A stretch of DNA of 64,000 nucleotides from NCBI RefSeq assembly GCF_009914755.1, contig NC_060946.1; one strand, given 5' to 3'. The notes under the pieces were generated by a model. It was given only the letters and a program-made list of their open reading frames with translations. It was not told where the DNA came from and did no database searches. A program made the position numbers and the translations under genes. Shown here one piece after another: positions 60,700-64,000 of the stretch; within the stretch, counting starts at the first letter, position 1, and every line of letters starts with the position of its first letter. Source of the DNA: the human T2T-CHM13v2.0 reference genome, Homo sapiens.

Positions 60700-61062
60700 T
60701 TACAGAAATGTAAACCTATATCATCAACAAGATTAAAAATAAGTAAAAAAATTGATGCAAAGGGAAAACGTAGGAAAAATAAGTCGAAGCCAAGCGAGAT
60801 AAGATTTAGGACTAAAAGGAATGGCGTAAGATCTGTGCACCTGGTAGAGAAGGGCCACAGATTTGACTCTGAACTTGTTGGCAGCCATTGTAAAAAGAAA
60901 AAAGAAAAAAAGAAAACCCAGTCAGTCATACAATTTACAGAATTTGAAAGACAAAAAAACAAAAACAAAACTCTTTTTAATTAATTAATTTGTTTATTTT
61001 AGTTATAAAAGGGCAGCTCCTCCATAGGCAGAGCAGGGCTACACCATAGGTAGAGTAGCTAA

Positions 61063-61236
<174 letters not shown>

Positions 61237-61633
61237 TGAAGTAGCTGAGACCTACAGGCATATGCCACCATGCCTGGCTAATTTTTGTATTTTTTGTAGA
61301 GACAGGGTTTTGCCATGTTGCTCAGGCTTGACCTGAATTCTTGGACTCAAGAGATCCTCCTGCCTCAGCCTCTGGAATAGCAGGGACTATAGATGTGTGC
61401 CACTGTGCCTGACTTTTTTGAATACAGTTTTTTTATATCAAACACTGCATTGAATTTTGTGAATTGCTGTGCCCTCAAGTTTTGTGTGCTTTAGTTCTCC
61501 TTTAAAGGTAAACCATAAAAAGTTTGAGAAATAGTGCCTAGAGGGATAGGCAGTAAAAATGTGAAAGAAGTTATATGAGTCTTAACACTCTGGGGGATAA
61601 CTCTCCTCTTTTTGGTATTCATTGATGTTTTAG

Positions 61634-61809
61634 GTTTTGATGTGGCCAAGACAGGTGATGCTCGAATTGGATTTGTTGGTTTTCCATCTGTGGGGAAGTC
61701 AACACTGCTTAGTAACCTGGCAGGGGTATATTCTGAGGTGGCAGCCTATGAATTCACTACTCTGACCACTGTGCCTGGTGTCATCAGATACAAAGGTGCC
61801 AAGATCCAG
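61634..61809 (+). CDS. DRG1: DRG1 coding exon 3: OBG-family GTPase G1 (GFPSVGKS) and G2 (YEFTT) motifs
   Basis: Acceptor gttttag| and donor CAG|gtgagt at 61810. 176 nt; cumulative CDS is 342 nt = 114 codons. The gene continues beyond the window. Confidence 0.97.
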
Positions 61810-61941
61810 GTGAGTCAAGCCTGCAGACTAAGGAAGGAAAGAAATCTATTCTTCATTTAGGAAGAAGTTTATTGGGAGCTCACTGTATGCCAGGCCTGAT
61901 CTTTGATCTACCAGGCACTTACTACCTGGTAGGGGAAATAG

Positions 61942-62055
<114 letters not shown>

Positions 62056-62204
62056 TGAGGTCGGGAGTTCGAGACCAGCCTGGCCAACATGGAGAAACCC
62101 CATCTCTACTAAAAATACAAAATTAGCCGGGTGTAGTGGCACATGCCTGTAATCCCAGCAACTCGGGAGGCTGAGGCTGGAGAATCGCTTGAACTACTTT
62201 TTCA

Positions 62205-62357
<153 letters not shown>

Positions 62358-62847
62358 TTACAGGTGTGAGCCACCGCGCCCGGCCCCCTGGTTGTATTTT
62401 TAATGACCCTTTTTCCAGCTGGTCAGGTGCCCATGCAGAGACACATGTCCCTTTCTGGGATCCCGTGTCCAAATGTATATAACAAGAATGAAGCAGTGTG
62501 GACATATCTGGACCATGGCTTGATTCTAGCTGGTTTCAGAGTCTTGTTGAGAGTCACAGCTTTGGCAGCTCAAGAGAATAACTTTTTTTTTTTTTTTTTT
62601 TTTTGGTAGGATGCTATTGACACCTCTCTCAGGACTTTTGAGTATTTCAAAATAGAGAGTTGCTTAACTCCTCTCCTCTTTCCCAGAAAACCTTCACTCA
62701 TTTCAGTGTCTTCTGACCTTAGAGACCCCCAACTTTTTTTTTGCATGGTGCTCTCTTTCCTCCCTTTGTCCTCTGCCTCTGTTTTTCATCCTCTTTTGGC
62801 TTTCTCCAGAAACTAAGTTATGTAAGCTTACTAGTGGGTATCCTTAA

Positions 62848-63027
<180 letters not shown>

Positions 63028-63204
63028 TAGAGACGGGGTTTCACCATGTTGGTCAGGCTGGTCTCGAACTCCTGACCTCATGATCCTCCTGCCTCAGCCT
63101 CCCAAAGTGCTGGGATTACAGGCGTGAGCCACCGCGCCTGGTCTCGCCTGCTTTAACTTCTAAAGGCATTGGAGTTTGAAGTAGTTTAACATTTAATTCC
63201 TTAA

Positions 63205-63507
<303 letters not shown>

Positions 63508-63594
63508 TGAGCCACTGCACCAGGCCCCATGATTTAAATAAATATTTTTTTTTTAGGTTTTGGTTGGTTGTAACATGAAATTCGGATATATAAA

Positions 63595-63672
63595 GCATTG
63601 ACTTTTTATTGAATGTTACTTATTAGGCATTGACTATTTTATTGAATGTTGTTATTGAATGTTGAATTATTA
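63595..63672. repeat. Imperfect AT-rich tandem repeat (gcattgact.ttttattgaatgtt units)
   Basis: Two gcattgact..ttattgaatgtt copies plus a further ttattgaatgtt. Confidence 0.7.
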
Positions 63673-64000
63673 GTTGCTACATTTAAATTCTTCAGCCTAA
63701 CTTTTAAAATATTTCCCTCTGAAGAAAAGCTAAATTTAGGTTGCCTTTACTTTTGTAGAGGCCTTAATAAATTTTCTTTTTTTTTTTTTTGAGACAGAGT
63801 CTTGCTGTGTCACCCAGGCTGGAGTGCAGTGGCGTGATTCGGCTCACTGCAACCTCTGCCTCCAGGATTTAAGTGATTCTTCTACCGCAGCCTCTCAAGT
63901 AGCTGGGACTACATGCGCATGCCACCACACCTGGCTAATTTTTGTATTTTCAGTAGAGACTGGGTTTCACCATATTGGCCAGGCTGGTCTTGAACTCCTG

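Overview
This is primate, almost certainly human, euchromatic DNA matching the PATZ1-DRG1 interval on 22q12 (locus recognised from the protein sequences). The left end holds PATZ1 exons 1-2 on the minus strand (BTB/POZ, AT-hook and C2H2 fingers) in a large CpG island that probably also drives a divergent plus-strand lncRNA (LINC01521 by recall). The right end holds the DRG1 CpG-island promoter and coding exons 1-3 on the plus strand. The ~52 kb between them is very Alu-dense and also carries old L1, MIR/L2, hAT DNA transposons, a MER4A-type solo LTR and an LTR12 (ERV9) solo LTR. Almost all ORF-track entries between 6 and 57 kb are Alu, L1 or simple-repeat artefacts. I cannot show a wholly new biological system. 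The most notable structures are: (1) a full-length U6 snRNA fused to a nearly complete L1 ORF2 plus 3'UTR, inserted into and splitting an older Alu, with both sets of target-site duplications still visible; (2) snap-back (hairpin-templated) repair scars, including an inverted L1 copy that keeps sequence its donor has lost; (3) collapsed inverted Alu pairs; (4) an in-frame, stop-free 96-nt Alu cassette-exon candidate in DRG1 intron 3; (5) a sense-oriented LTR12 upstream of DRG1. Repeat subfamily names come from recalled consensus sequences and repeat boundaries are approximate.
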